Shown piece by piece: positions 1 through 12,380 of a stretch of 64,000 nucleotides of DNA. Source of the DNA: Scyliorhinus canicula. Its lineage: Eukaryota. The stretch lies in NCBI RefSeq assembly GCF_902713615.1, contig NW_024056011.1, positions 186,001-250,000 of the forward strand, given 5' to 3'. How positions within the stretch are numbered: the stretch's first letter is position 1; every line of letters starts with the position of its first letter. A program made the position numbers and the translations under genes. Under the pieces are notes generated by a model. That model worked only from the letters and a program-made list of their open reading frames with translations. It was not told where the DNA came from and made no database searches.

Positions 1-242
1 GGAAACCGGAGCACCCGGATGAAACTCACGGGGCGAAAGTGAAAACTCCACACAGCTAGTCACCCTAGTCTGGAATCGAACGCGGGTCCCTGGCGCTGTG
101 AGGCAGCAGTGCTAACCACTGTGCCACACTGTGTTATCGTAGTAACTTATTAGTTATCCAACTAAATCACATTCTTCTATTGAAAATTGAAGTACTTAAA
201 ACTTTGAGTAAATTTACCTGTCAATTCTCCTTCAACACCTTG

Positions 243-530
243 TTACGATCCTGCGATCTCTCCGATCGAGAAGGTTAAGTACAGTAGATACATGGGAACA
301 CCAGAATCTGCAAGTTTCACTTCGTCACGCACCATTCTGACTTTGAAATATATCACAGTTTCTTTACATCTAAATTCAGGAATCCAGTTTACCAATTTTT
401 TCTTTACGACATCGTGCAGAGGACAGAAAATTGCAATTGTAAATGAAAGAACGTGAAACATCACAAAAGCGAAATACACATGCCCGAGAATGACATAAAG
501 AAAGAGGTTCTGAAATAACCCAGAATGCAT
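243..530 (-). pseudogene. Possible collapsed TCR V pseudogene (leader + retained intron + internally deleted V)
   Basis: Starts with a 15-codon hydrophobic leader-like stretch MHSGLFQNLFLYVIL, then a pyrimidine-rich intron-like stretch. PEFRCKETV resembles PELIIKEVQTV of the V at 25883, and LADSGV resembles LSDSAV. A CRE TGACGTCA at 786-793 lies upstream. No conserved W/C pair or RSS. Confidence 0.25.
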
Positions 531-1194
531 TTTCCTTTCGTCTCACTGATATTTGATCCTATTTATGTAATTGAATTGTTTGAAACAGAGCTCTCAATAA
601 AATGCCGCTGGAAACTGCGCATTACCGAACTTACAATTTGTCGATGATGCAGACATTATACAATTCACTGGATCACCGTTAGAGGGCGCAGTTGTCACAT
701 GTTTCTCGCTGTTCCAATTGGAAATGATTGAGACAATCATTATCGGACCATTGCTCTTAGCAGTGACGGGGGTGGGGGTCGGCACTGACGTCATTGTATA
801 TTTTTCACATTGGTATCAGACTGAATGTCAATCAGTAGATATCCTTTCCGTTTATGTCTCACAATGAAACCAGAGTGACCAGAGATCCATTTGGACGGCG
901 CAGTAAATACAAAATGGATGAGAGAGGAAATAAAATGGAAAAAAATGTACAAAAATATTCAGTGATTCTTGTGACAATATATATATTGTAAAGTAGATGA
1001 AGGGCTAACAATTTAATGTGAATGCATCCAACCACCAGATGGTGATCAAGAGCATCCACGTGAATCACGTGATACAATTGGTTCTGCAAGTAGGTGATTA
1101 GGCGGGACAGAGCGTAGTCTTGTTTTCAGAAGCTCTGTAGGTGGAATCGTAGTTTTAGTTTATCTGTAGTATTTATATCTTAGTAATCAATTCG

Positions 1195-1535
1195 AATCTA
1201 TTTCGTTAATAAATCGGGCAGCACGGTAGCACAAGTGGATAGTACTGTGGCGTCACAGTGCCAGGGTCCCAGGTTCGGTTCCCCGCTGGGTCACTGCCTG
1301 TGCGGAGTCTGCACGTTCTCCCCGTGTCTGCGTGGGTTTCCTCCGGGTGCTCCGGTTTCCTCCCAAAGACATGCACGTTAGGTGGATTGGCCGCGCTAAA
1401 TTGCCCTTAGTGTCCAAAAAGGTTAGGAGGGGTTATTGGGTTAGGGGGATAGGGTGGAAATGAGAGCTTAAGTGGGTCGGTGCAGACTCGATGAGCCAAA
1501 CGGTCTCCTTCTGCACTGTATGTTCTATGGTCTAA
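1195..1535 (+). mobile_element. tRNA-derived SINE (shark HE1-like family)
   Basis: GGGCAGCACGGTAGCAC head, GGTTCGGTTCCC B-box-like motif, conserved core GTCTGCACGTTCTCCCCGTGTCTGCGTGGGTTTCCTCCGG, TATGTTC-type tail. Related copies or fragments at ~1-128, 3680-4030, 13420-13505, 16255-16445, 27500-27601, 32550-32745, 40105-40410, 44900-45195, 53185-53760, 61130-61430. Confidence 0.85.
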
Positions 1536-1749
1536 ATTAGCTTTGTTCAAAACATAACTTGATGCTCTTTGCGAGGCACTACACTTCGAAACCATCCTTC
1601 GAAGCCACAAAGCAAAGAACATCATAATTATGAGACACTGAATGAAGGACAAACAATTACATTTTATGATCTTGGCCGTCGATGATCATTGGAGTCTGAA
1701 TTACGACATAGATAAACCTTTCTGACCATTCACTCAGAGTAATTGAAAA

Positions 1750-1926
1750 TGAAAAATGAAAATGAAAATCGCTTATTGTCACGAGTGGGCTTCAATGAAG
1801 TTACTGTGAAAAGCCCCTAGTCGCCACATTCCGGCGCCTGTCCGGGGAGGCTAGTACGGGAATCGAACCGTGCTGCTGGCCTGCTTGATAAGCCAGCAAT
1901 TTAGCTTAGAGAGCTAAACCAGCCCC
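1750..1926 (-). mobile_element. Short SINE subfamily with (TTTTCA)n tail
   Basis: Reverse complement of the copies at 25125-25297 and 18340-18518; (GAAAAT)n tail at 1745-1768. Confidence 0.8.
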
Positions 1927-4069
1927 TTAATTATTTAAGACGTCATTTTTTTAAAACATACAGTCCCTGAATGGGACTTTGAATGATGTCTGGTGGCAAC
2001 ATCCAATGAGGCAAAAGGAAATTGGTGAGAATGTCAGCCATCAGTCTTTCACTTCCGAACAGAAAGTAAAACTCACCTCTCTCCATCTCTTCCCACTATT
2101 AAGAGTCCTGGACTCGGCAGCAATTCCTGGCCCGGAAATCAGACTCTGATTGATCTGCCCTTTGCCGACCTTCTTCATCATGAGCGGAAACCCCACAAAG
2201 AACTGTTTCCTGTTGGAGCCCTGAAGCTGTTAACATAGTGTCAGTTCATTTATATAAAAAGACACTTCGTTTTAAAAAGAGTTAAACAATACCGTGTGGT
2301 GGTTGAGTGATGTTATTTTGTTTACAGCTGTTTAGTGTGAGGTTCAGTACTCTCAATCTGGGAAGGGGGGCATGTTGAACCGACTGTTGTTTCTCCAATG
2401 TTACTTGGATAGCGTAATGTATGGTAAAGGTGTAAAAGACAGAGTCGTACACTGGCTGAACCTACCGGCTAAAAGAGCTGCCGATGTGAGGAGTAATACA
2501 AAGTAGCTGGTGACATATTTGCAGAGAGTTCCTGGCACATTTCACCTGAAGGGTTGAAGCGGAAACTGTTTCAGTCAAGAGTTGAGGAGAGGGTGAGTAA
2601 CACCCGGACCCTATTGATTGTTTCATTGTCGACGGTGTCATCAATTGGCATTCAATCATCTTCCTCTATCCAATTGTATTCTCTTCAACCAATGATCGCA
2701 ACCTCCTTGGATGCTAAATTCCTACCATCAGAGCCCTGTGAAAGGAACAAAGTGATTTAATTAATCTTTGAAATGAGTAAGGTCACGCGGAATTAAACCC
2801 AAAGTTGACCCATTAAATGTTTCACCATGTAAGTAGGAGACAAGGAAAAAAAACTGCAAATCGTTCGGTTAGGAAAGCCGGAGCCTCAATTAAAGAAGCT
2901 GCTCTCTGCCTATCGATGCATCCCCCAGCCGACACAGGAAGCAACTGGGTCCGAAGAAAACTGAATGCAGAAATACGGTAAATAGGCAAAGACGATATTT
3001 TAAATCAAATATACAGTGGTAGGGAAAAGGGGATTGACTGTGTAATACAGTTGAACAAGATGGGAGGGTGTGGGCAACGCATTGGCTCAGCGATCTTGGA
3101 TTAACTGATCATCAGAAATATTCACAGCACACTCATAATAAAAATAACTTTCACGTATATTTATTGGTTAAAAGTCAGAGCGCCAGACGTCCATTCAATA
3201 TTGATTCCTGAGTTCAAATTTAAGGGACTAAATAAACAGGTCATAGGTGAGACTGCACCTCACAATACCACAATCACTTCCACGAGATGGTGCATGGGAC
3301 AACCAGCACCTGACTGGTTCCTTCATACTTGCACCAACCTGACTTATATAGTCATCATTTCACTGTCATTCGAACAGAGGACTTAGGACATAGGAACACA
3401 GGAATTATCAGCAGACATAAGCAATTCAGCCCTTCGAGCCTGCTCTGCTATTCAATCAGATCATGGCTGATCTGTTCCTGGACTCAAATCCAACTCCCCA
3501 CCTGTTCCCATATCCCGGTAACCCGTTTTTTAAAATCAGAAATATATACACATCCTTCTTGAAAACATTTAATGACTCAGACTCCGCCGCACTGTTGGGC
3601 AGCGAGTTCCACAAATTCATCATACTCTGCGAGATGCAATTCCTCCTCATCTCAACTCCACATCTCAACCTATATAGAACATAGAACAGTACAGCACAGA
3701 ACAGGCCCTTCGCCCCTCAATGTTGTGCCGAGCCATGATCACCCTACTCAAACCCACGTATCCACCCTATACCCGTAACCCAATACCCCCCCCCCCCCCA
3801 CAGCCTTACTTTTATTAGAGCACTACGGGCAATTTAGCATGGCCAATCCAATCCACCTAACCCGCACATCTTTGGACTGTGGGAGGAAACCGGAGCACCC
3901 GGAGGAAACCCACGCACACAGGGGGAGGACGTGCAGACTCCACACAGACAGTGACCCAGCCGGGAATCGAACCTGGGACCCTGGAGCTGTGAAGCATTTA
4001 TGCTAACCACCATGCTACCCTGCTGCCCCCAATTTCGTTCTAAATTGTCCCACAAGGGGGGACATTTCG

Positions 4070-4500
4070 TCTAAGTTTAATTTATCAATCCCCTTTAGGA
4101 TTTTAAATACCTCGAAGAGATTCTGAACTCCAGTGAGTATAAGCCCAAACTGTTTGATCTCTCCTCATATGTCAACCCTTTCATCCCTGGAATCAATCTG
4201 GTGAACCTCCTGTGAACTGCCTCCAAGGACACCACATCCTTCCTGAAATAAGGAGACAAAACTGGACACAATACTCCAGCTGTGCTCTCTCCAACATCCT
4301 GTACAATTGCAACAACACTTCTGTACTTTTATACTCCAATCCTTTTACAATAAACACAAACATTCCATTTATCTTTTTAATTACATGCTGTACCTGCATA
4401 CTGACTTTGTACGATTCATGCACAAAGGCGCTCAGGTCCCGCTGCCCAGTCGCATATTGAATCTGCTTTCCTTTTAAATAATAATTTGCTTACCTATTTT
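4070..4500 (-). mobile_element. CR1-clade LINE ORF2 3' fragment
   Basis: ORF 4193-4423 (KKINGMFVFIVKGLEYKSTEVLLQLYRMLERAQLEYCVQF) matches the CR1 RT C-terminal motif also seen at 7826-8107 and 39415-39798. Confidence 0.8.
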
Positions 4501-4555
4501 GTCGGGCAAAATGGATATCCTCACATTTATCGCTGGATCAAATCCCGGGAACACG

Positions 4556-5505
4556 CTCACTTACAACAGTATGGGTGTACCTCACTTACAACAGTATGGG
4601 TGTACCTCACTTACAACTGTATGGGTGTACCTCACTTACAACAGTATGGGTGTACCTCACTTACAACTATATGGGTGTACCTCACTTACAACACTATGGG
4701 TGTACCTCACTTACAACAGTATGGGTATACCTCACTTACAACAGTATGGGTGTACCTCACTTACAATGGTATAGGTGTACCTCACTTACAACAGTATGGG
4801 TGTACCTCACTTACAACTATATGGGTGTACCTCACTTACAACACTACGGGTGTACCTCACTTACAACAGAATGGGTGTACCTCACTTACAACTGTATGGG
4901 TATACCTCACTTACAACACTATGGGTGTACCTCACTTACAACAGAATGGGTGTACCTCACTTACAACTGTATGGGTGTACCTCACTTACAACACTATGGG
5001 TGTACCTCGCATACAACAGTATGGGTGTACCTCACTTACAACAGTATGGGTGTACCTCACTTACAACACTATGGGTGTACCTCACTTACAACAGAATGGG
5101 TGTACCTCACTTACAACTGTATGGGTATACCTCACTTACAACACTATGGGTGTACCTCGCATACAACAGTATGGGTGTACCTCACTTACAACTGTATGGG
5201 TGTACCTCACTTACAACACTATGGGTGTACCTCACTTACAACAGAATGGGTGTACCTCACTTACAACTGTATGGGTGTACCTCACTTACAACACTATGGG
5301 TGTACCTCGCATACAATAGTATGGGTGTACCTCACTTACAACAGTATGGGTGTACCTCACTTACAACAGTATGGATGTACCTCACTTACAACAGTATGGG
5401 TGTACCTCACTTACAACAGTATGGTGTACCTCACTTACAACTGTATGGGTGTACCTCACTTACAACAGTATGGGTGTACCTCACTTACAACAGTATGGGT
5501 ATACC
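4556..5505. repeat. 25-bp minisatellite, ~38 copies (ATGGGTGTACCTCACTTACAACAGT)
   Basis: Direct head-to-tail repeats with variants CAGT/CTGT/CACT/CAGA and CGCATACAA; no spacers; explains the long repetitive ORFs 4486-5626. Confidence 0.97.
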
Positions 5506-5651
5506 TATACACATGGAATGCAGTGGTTCAAGGAGGAAGTTCACCACCACCTTCTCAAAGGCAGGTAGAAATGGGCAACGATGTTCATTGTCATTAACCA
5601 CTTTTTATAAAGCACACAATCTGTAACCATTCCGACCATGAAACCATGAAC

Positions 5652-5882
5652 TTTTTTTTTTTTTTTTTTAATTTAGATTAGCCAATTATTTTTTCCAATT
5701 AAGGGGCAATTTAGCGTGGCCAATCCACCTACCCTGCACATTTTTGGGTTGTGGGGGCGAAACCCACGCAGACACGGGGAGAATGTGCAAACTCCACACG
5801 GACAGTGACCCAGAGCCGGGATCGAACCTGGGACCTCAGCGCCGTGAGGCGGTTGTGCTAACCACTAGGCCACCGTGCTGCC
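5652..5882 (-). mobile_element. Young SINE with poly-A tail and 16-bp TSD
   Basis: Poly-T at 5652-5668; CCATGAAACCATGAAC duplicated at 5636-5651 and 5883-5898. Confidence 0.9.
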
Positions 5883-5929
5883 CCATGAAACCATGAACAG
5901 AAGTAACCTGCTCCTGCCTCCTGGTGGCG

Positions 5930-5968
5930 AGTGCTTGTAAACAGTATACAACTAATGCAGACAAAGTG
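5930..5968 (-). other. Degenerate 23-RSS of V pseudogene
   Basis: Minus strand CACTTTG + 23 nt + ACAAGCACT. Confidence 0.5.
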
Positions 5969-6009
5969 GGCGTTCGGAGTAATTCGTGACTACTAACTGC
6001 AGATACAGA

Positions 6010-6234
6010 GGGGGCAGCACGGTGGCACAGTGGTTAGCATTGCTGCTTACGGCGCTGAGGACCTGGGTTTGAATCCCGACCCTGGGTCACTATCCGTGTG
6101 GAGTTTGCACGTTCTTCCCGTGTCTGCGTGGGTTTCACCCCCACAACCCAAAGATGTGCAGGTTAGGTGGATTGACGACGCTAAATTGCCCCTTAATTGG
6201 AAAAAATAATTGGCTATTCTAAATTTTAAAAACA
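6010..6234 (+). mobile_element. SINE inserted in V pseudogene, 15-bp TSD
   Basis: AACTGCAGATACAGA at 5995-6009 and 6235-6249. Confidence 0.9.
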
Positions 6235-6559
6235 AACTGCAGATACAGATGAAATCGTAAATTGACACCTAAAAATGGCTGATTGTATGAATAATTGTTT
6301 CGTTTAGGTCTTCACAGTTGATAGCTTTTATAACAGACTTTGGCAGGAAGAGCTTCTGTCGTGTAAAGCAGCAAGAGTTTGTTTCCAAGGATTTAACTGT
6401 TTTTTTTATAACTGTAAGTCTTTACCAGCACCGCTTCTTCGTATATCACAATGCCTGAGAATGGCGGCTGAGTGATAGAATCTCCTTGCCTGATCTGAAA
6501 AAGATGTTCTACAGAGGAGTAGTTTCTAAATGGGAAACGGCTGAGGATGTCAGTAGCAC

Positions 6560-7230
6560 AAAGGGTCCGAATTCAATATTCTCTCAAGGTTAACGTGCAA
6601 ATTCAGTCGGCAGTTAAGAAGGCAAATGCAATGTTACCATTCATGTCGAGAGGGCTACAGTACAAGAGCAGGGATGTACTCTGGGACTGCATGAGACTCT
6701 AGTGAGACCCCATTTGGAGTACTGTGAGTAGTTTTGGGCCCCGTGGCTAAGGACAGATGTTCTGGCCTTGGAAAGAGTGCAGGGCAGGTTCATAAGAATG
6801 ATACCTGAAATGAAGAGCTTGTAATATGAAGAGCGGTTGATGACTTATTTAAACCTACAGGATACGGAGAGGCCTGGATAGAGTGGACGTGGAGAGGATG
6901 TTTCCAACAGTAGGAAAAACTAGTACCCGAGGGCACAGCCTAAGACTGAAGGGACGATCCTTTGAAACTGAGATGAGGAAATTATTTCAGCCAGAGGGTG
7001 GTGCATCTGTGGAACTCTTGGTCGCAGAAGGCTGTGGAGGCCAAATAGCTGAGTGTCTTTAAGACAGATGTAGATAGGTTCTTGATTAATAAGGGGATCA
7101 GAGCTTATGGGGAAAAGGCAGGAGAATGGGGGATGAGAAAGATATCAGCCATGATCGAATGGCGCGGCAGGCTGGATGGGCCGAATGGGCGAATTATGTT
7201 CCTATGTCTTATGGTCTTATGGAACGATCA
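6560..7230 (+). mobile_element. CR1-clade LINE 3' fragment
   Basis: AAGAAGGCAAATGCAATGTT...CCCCATTTGGAGTACTGTG..., ending in the ATGGTCTTATGG tail. Confidence 0.8.
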
Positions 7231-7379
7231 ACCAGTCGGGTGTTCAAAACTCAGATTCAAAACAGGTATGGAATAAGAGAAAAATTAAAATGCTTTTAAT
7301 CCACCATTACTGTCATCACTACCATTTTTCGAACATTAATAGATTGTTGAGAACGATCCAAAGGAAAGTGGACATTATA

Positions 7380-8145
7380 AGAACATAAGAACTAGGAGCA
7401 GGAGTAGGCCATCTGGCCCCTCGAGCCTGCTCCACCATTCAATGAGATCATGCCTGATCTTTTGTGGACTCAGCTCCACTTTCCGGCCCGAACACCATAA
7501 CCCTTAATCCCTTTATTCTTCAAAAAAACTATCTATCTTTATCTTAAAAACATTTAATGAAGGAGCCTCAGCTGCTTCACTGGGCAAGGAATTCCATAGA
7601 GTCACAACCCTTTGGGTGAAGACGTTCCACCTAAACTCAGTCCTAAATCTACTTCCCCTTATTTTGAGGCTATGTCCCCTCGTTCTGCTTTCACCCGACA
7701 GTGGAAACAACTTGCCCGCATCTATCCTATCCATTCCTTTCATAATTTTATATGTTTCTATAAGACACCCGCCCCATCCTTCAAAATTCCAACGAGTATA
7801 GTCCCAGTCTACTCAACCTCTCCTCCTAATCCAACCCCTTCAGCTCTGGGATTAACCTCCTGAATCTCCTCTGCACACCCTCCAGTGCCAGTACGTCCTT
7901 TCTCAAGTAAGGAGACCAAAACTGAACACAATACTCTAGGTGTGGTCTCACTAACACCTTATACAATTGCAGCATAGCCTCCCTAGTCTTAAACTCCATC
8001 CCTCTAGCAATGAAGGACAAAACTCCATTCGCCTTCTTAATCACCTTTTGCACCTGTAAACCAACTTCCTGTGACTCAAGCACTAGTACACCCAGGTCTC
8101 TCTGCACAGCAGCATGCTTTAATATTTTATAATTTAAATAATAAT
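7380..8145 (-). mobile_element. CR1-clade LINE 3' fragment
   Basis: ORFs 7826-8107 (QRDLGVLV...RPHLEYCVQFWSPYLRKD) and 7513-7743 (TRGHSLKI...FTQRVVTLWNSLP); (CATAAGAA) tail at 7375-7392. Confidence 0.9.
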
Positions 8146-8379
8146 CCCGTTATCTCGGAAGGACTTACTCACTGCGATGTCAGAGAGTCACCAGGAATAG
8201 TAAGAGGCGATTCCCCATATCGCGCCCATTGTCTGTTTGACAAGAACTCCTCTACAGCAAGTACAGACTCCACCAACAGTACTTGTGACCCAACAGCGAT
8301 GGCAATCAGGGAATAGGGATAGCGATATCTTCACTACCAGAGCTGAGGTCAGGCGAGTCAAAGGGGAAATGGTGGGACG

Positions 8380-8590
8380 TCCTATAACGGGCGCCGTTAT
8401 CTTATGCAGTGGTGATCGATAGTAATGATCGAGCTCATCCTCACTTTAGGTTCTCAATGACACCTTTCTTCTTTCTGTGCAATAATCATCCAAAGAGGCC
8501 AGTTTCCAGGCATTGTGACTCGCTGATTGTATATGTTTGTAGCAGCACCTACAGAATTGCCCCACTGAAACCTGCACCAACATCCACGTA
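8380..8590 (-). pseudogene. Highly degenerate V-like relic
   Basis: Acceptor-like TTGGTGCAG|GTTTCAGTGGG. MPGNWPLWMII resembles QKAAQPPIWII of the V at 22006, and the SITTA*DNGARY-like tail resembles ISALSVDDGAVY. Confidence 0.25.
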
Positions 8591-10516
8591 TTAAAAATAT
8601 ATCCCCCAATTTTACTCTAAATGTAATGGTTCCGAAATACACCTTGACACGGGTTAAAAAGCACACAATACAATTATAGGATAATAGGAAATACCTCTTA
8701 ATCACAGAGAGTGCTGAATGTGTGAAATTAATTTCAGGGTGAATTGAAGATGACTGGACCCTGGATGTTTAAGGAGATATTTGGAGGAACATTCGGTGAG
8801 GGAGTTGAAACCATCTCCAAATGATTGATACAAAATTGGCCGCATGGTCCTTCAGCTTCCTTATTCCAACAAAGTTCAGCTAATCAAATGAACTGGGACA
8901 CATAAGGAGTTGTAGAGTGTCTGAAATGTGAGCGGAAAGTCAAGCGATACTCAGCCGGAATGGCAACGGGTTTGAAGAGAGAAGTAATGTAAACACTTTA
9001 AAGGATCATCTTTATGAGAACAGAAGAAAAACTTTACAGCGGTGAGAGGTTTAAAGATGAATAGTGGCAGGTAAAGGGCAGAAAGAGTAAAACGGCAGGT
9101 CTGTAATTCAGTGGAAGGCGGGAAATGGTGGTCCAAGGAAAAGATGTGGTCATGTGACAAGTAAATTAGCAATTCTGGCGGAGATGTACTCATGACAAGT
9201 AGATTCATCACTGCCAGGTGTCACCCAGAAGGAAAAGAGAAAGCATAAACAAAACTGCTGGTGAATTTAGGATCGCAACATGTTCAAGGCAATCTTGACT
9301 CTCGATGGTTAAAATTATTGGAATCTGTATCTTGCAGTTCCTTGTCAGCACCACCAGAGAGCAGCATTGGATTAAGTGCAGGAACGATTTCCAGAAGCAA
9401 GCGATCAGTAACTTTCTTCAGAAAAAAGTAACTAGACGGGCAGTGCGGAAAAAGGATGTTATTTTAACATCAATAGGGTTTGTTATGAGATTCAACGTAA
9501 TGTATTCTTATGCAATGCCACTGTTGGTGGCTTATAAATATCACACAATACAGTTCGCACTGCACCCGTGTGGGAAAGCACACGGCTTCAAATCATAAAC
9601 TGAGACTTTGGAACTAATATCTGGGTTCTTGTCATGGTTCGAATGGTAAGTGTGGAATAAAACGTCTTCCAGAATGTGGGAGGGGCATCAAAAGAAATCG
9701 TTGCAGTTTCAGTTGAAATTCCGATGTCGAACCACCAAGAATAAGAGAGGTAGATCAGGGAGGCTGGAGGAGTGAGAGAGTTTTACAGAAAAGAAGCGGC
9801 CCTTCAGCCCATCGTGTTTGCGCCGGCCAACGAGCACTGTGTATTCTAACCCCATTTTAAAGCACTTGGTCCGCAGACTTGTATGTTCTGGTGTTTCAAG
9901 TTCTCATCGAACTGTTTTTTTTATGTAGCGAGAGTTCTGCCTCTCCCACCCTTGCAAGCAGCGAGTTCCAGATTCCAACAACCCTCTGAGTGAGAGTTTT
10001 TCCTCACGTCCGCCTTAACTTTCCTGCCACTTACCTTAGATCGATGGCACCTTGATTAATGCCCCGTTTCTACGTGGAAAACCTTCTTGCTATCCACCCG
10101 ATCTATGCCCTTCATAATATTGTGAACTTCGATCAGGATCAGGTTCCTACCCTACTCCCACATCCCCACCCTCCGGCGGGGTAGGAAGGCGGGAACGGTT
10201 ATTTTTGTGTTTGCAGCTATTATTTGGACACCTTGGGTGGAATTCGCCGTGTGTACTTGCAGCAATAGACACCACCAGAGGTCAGTGCGAAGCAGTGAGA
10301 AACATTGAATATGGGCGGCCCAATGTGAACTCAGAAGCACTGTGGGCAGCTGTTAGTTTAAAACCTCAAGCAGGAAGTGTTTTTCTCTTTTGTTCGACAA
10401 AACGACACCTCTGAAGCGGGCCTTTGGCTTCTTGTTAGTTCTTCTGAATCTAATATCTGGTTCTAACCTGAATAAACTTAACAATAGGTTCAGCCGACAT
10501 TTCAGGTGATTTAATA

Positions 10517-10849
10517 ATGGTCCGAGTTTACAGAGTCTCTTTGCTGTTTTTCACTCTGATCTGCACCATTGAGACTGGAGAAGATCCGCTGCTGCAGCTC
10601 CCTCGGCGGATGGGTGTTCATGAAGCGGGAATCGTGTCCATAAACTGCACCAGCACCACTTTGATGAACACCGTGCGTTGGTACAGGCAGCAGCCAAATC
10701 AGCCACCCCAGCATCTAGTGCTGGCCACAAGAGAAACCGATCAACACGGGAGGGTCACTGCCTCAATCGGGGGAGAAAGCAAACTCAGTGTCCTGACTGT
10801 GAGAGAAGCCCGAGTTACCGACACTGCCGCCTATCTCTGCGCCGTGAGG
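10517..10849 (+). CDS. TCR alpha/delta-type V segment, single exon (leader fused to V, no intron)
   Basis: MVRVYRVSLLFFTLICTIETG-EDPLLQ...SINC...WYRQQPNQPP...DTAAYLCAVR; continuous ORF with conserved C, W and YxC, followed directly by an RSS. Confidence 0.92.
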
Positions 10850-10888
10850 CACAGTATCACAAGTAGATGGAGAGCTCGTACAGAAACC
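10850..10888 (+). other. 23-RSS
   Basis: CACAGTA + 23 nt + ACAGAAACC. Confidence 0.92.
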
Positions 10889-11815
10889 TACACTGAGTGG
10901 GAGCACTGCTCTACTGAGCTCGGAGAATCGGCGGTGTGATTGGCGCAGTAATAATATTACAAGTACCGGGGAATGAGTGAAAAAGCTCGAAAAACAAGTG
11001 GGAAAGATTTAAATCGGATCAGAGTTGAAGAACGTTGGAAATAGACAGGGATAAATGAGGAACAAACAGGCGAACGAGATTACGTGCGTGATCAAGGGAA
11101 AACTAAAAATACAGGAATCGCACAGAACATATAACCAAAATACTGTGAAAAATAAATGAAATAATGTGAAAAACTAATGAACGTCAGTAACAGAGGTTAA
11201 AGATTATATCGTCATAACTGAAAATAAGGTTACATTTCCTCCTTTTCAACAAAATTCACATTCCCGTGATAGTTTGACAGTTTAATTCTCCGATAATGTT
11301 TCCTAATAATTGGTCCTTGGATATTGCAGCACGGGTAAATGAACAGTTTTCTCCTTGTTCTGCAACATTCTTTACCATCCTGCCCCAACTCCAATGGTCC
11401 CGTGTTCCTCCCTGTTACCTTGAGAAATGTGTTCATTTTCTGCGAACCGTGACTAAGCCAGCAACATACTGTGAGCAAAAGGACACGATGCACCGGTTGT
11501 GGTCAAACGGACCCAGAAACGGAATGTGAAAATGAAGAAAGGGCTGCACATTCATTCAAACAATTGGCAATGCATCCGGACAAGTTGGAACGCGAGTGAA
11601 CGCACCATGAATTAATTTATTCAATTAATTTCAGCATGGATGCTGGTTGGAAGTTATTAATATAAGACTTCAGTTCCTGCTCAATTGTTTTTGTTTAGTG
11701 TTGTGTTTTGTTGATTTATTAATTGCTCTCTGACTCCCCACAGGCTGTGGACTTGTTTCTGTCTATCAGTGCGAGGGCGCCCTCTGCTGAGCAATAACTG
11801 GAACTGTCAGTGTGG

Positions 11816-11853
11816 GGTTTTTGTACGGCACCCGCTATATCTGCAGCAGTGTG
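11816..11853 (-). other. RSS, 22-nt spacer
   Basis: Minus strand CACACTG + 22 nt + ACAAAAACC. Confidence 0.92.
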
Positions 11854-12274
11854 GGCTCCATGGCACAGAAATACACTGCGCTGTCGGAGGGAAGCGCCCT
11901 GGCGATATTTAAAGGGACTGTTTTGTTTCCTTTGTGTAAAACGGCAGAAAATCTTTCTGATAAACCTTGAGACGTACTTCCCGAGCTATATATCGTGAAT
12001 AAATATTTGGGAGCTTTCCCGGGAGACTGGATGTACCAGAACAGATTTCGATTACCAGCTGCCGAGTAACTGCAGTCCAATGTTACGGACTGTCCTTCCA
12101 GAACGGTTAATTCAGGTGGATTCTGCGACACTGCATCGTTGCCATTGGTTCCTGCAACAAATTACAGAATCTGTTAAATATCTGGTGGCGAATCTTGGCG
12201 ACAGACACTGACTATTTAAACAGAAACTCACCAGGTAGCAAGAACAGAATTAGTAAAGAACATTGGGAGAACAT
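11854..12274 (-). CDS. Intact TCR alpha/delta-type V gene (leader 12232-12274, V exon 11854-12151)
   Basis: Leader MFSQCSLLILFLLP + G|GTGAGT, 80-nt intron, TTGCAG| acceptor; GTNGNDAVSQNPPELTVLEGQSVTLDC...LFWYIQSPGKAPKY...DSAVYFCAME. Confidence 0.95.
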
Positions 12275-12380
12275 GCCAGCTGCTTCAAAAATATATCAAC
12301 ACATCCACTCCGACATGAAAAAGTAAACTCAGTTCATTGTCAGACTTTATTTATTGAGAAGCAAATGGGCGTTGTCCAAT

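Larger units (their letters stand above)
5969..8218 (-). pseudogene. TCR V pseudogene with leader intron expanded by CR1 insertions and a SINE in FR3
   Basis: Leader exon 8173-8218, MGNRLLLFLVTL*HR + A|GTGAGT (in-frame TGA). V remnant from ~6494 reads GDSITQPPFSGIV and is frameshifted. It ends in the RSS at 5930-5968. Linking this leader to this V is an inference. Confidence 0.5.

Noticed and set aside
2372-2423. Leader-like exon MLNRLLFLQCYLDSVMY + G|GTAAAG
   Set aside because: No V exon follows and the hydrophobic core is poor.
4486-5626. Long ORFs (277-340 aa) and a CRISPR-like repeat appearance
   Set aside because: Pure head-to-tail 25-bp repeats with no spacers; the ORFs are artefacts of a unit lacking stops in those frames.
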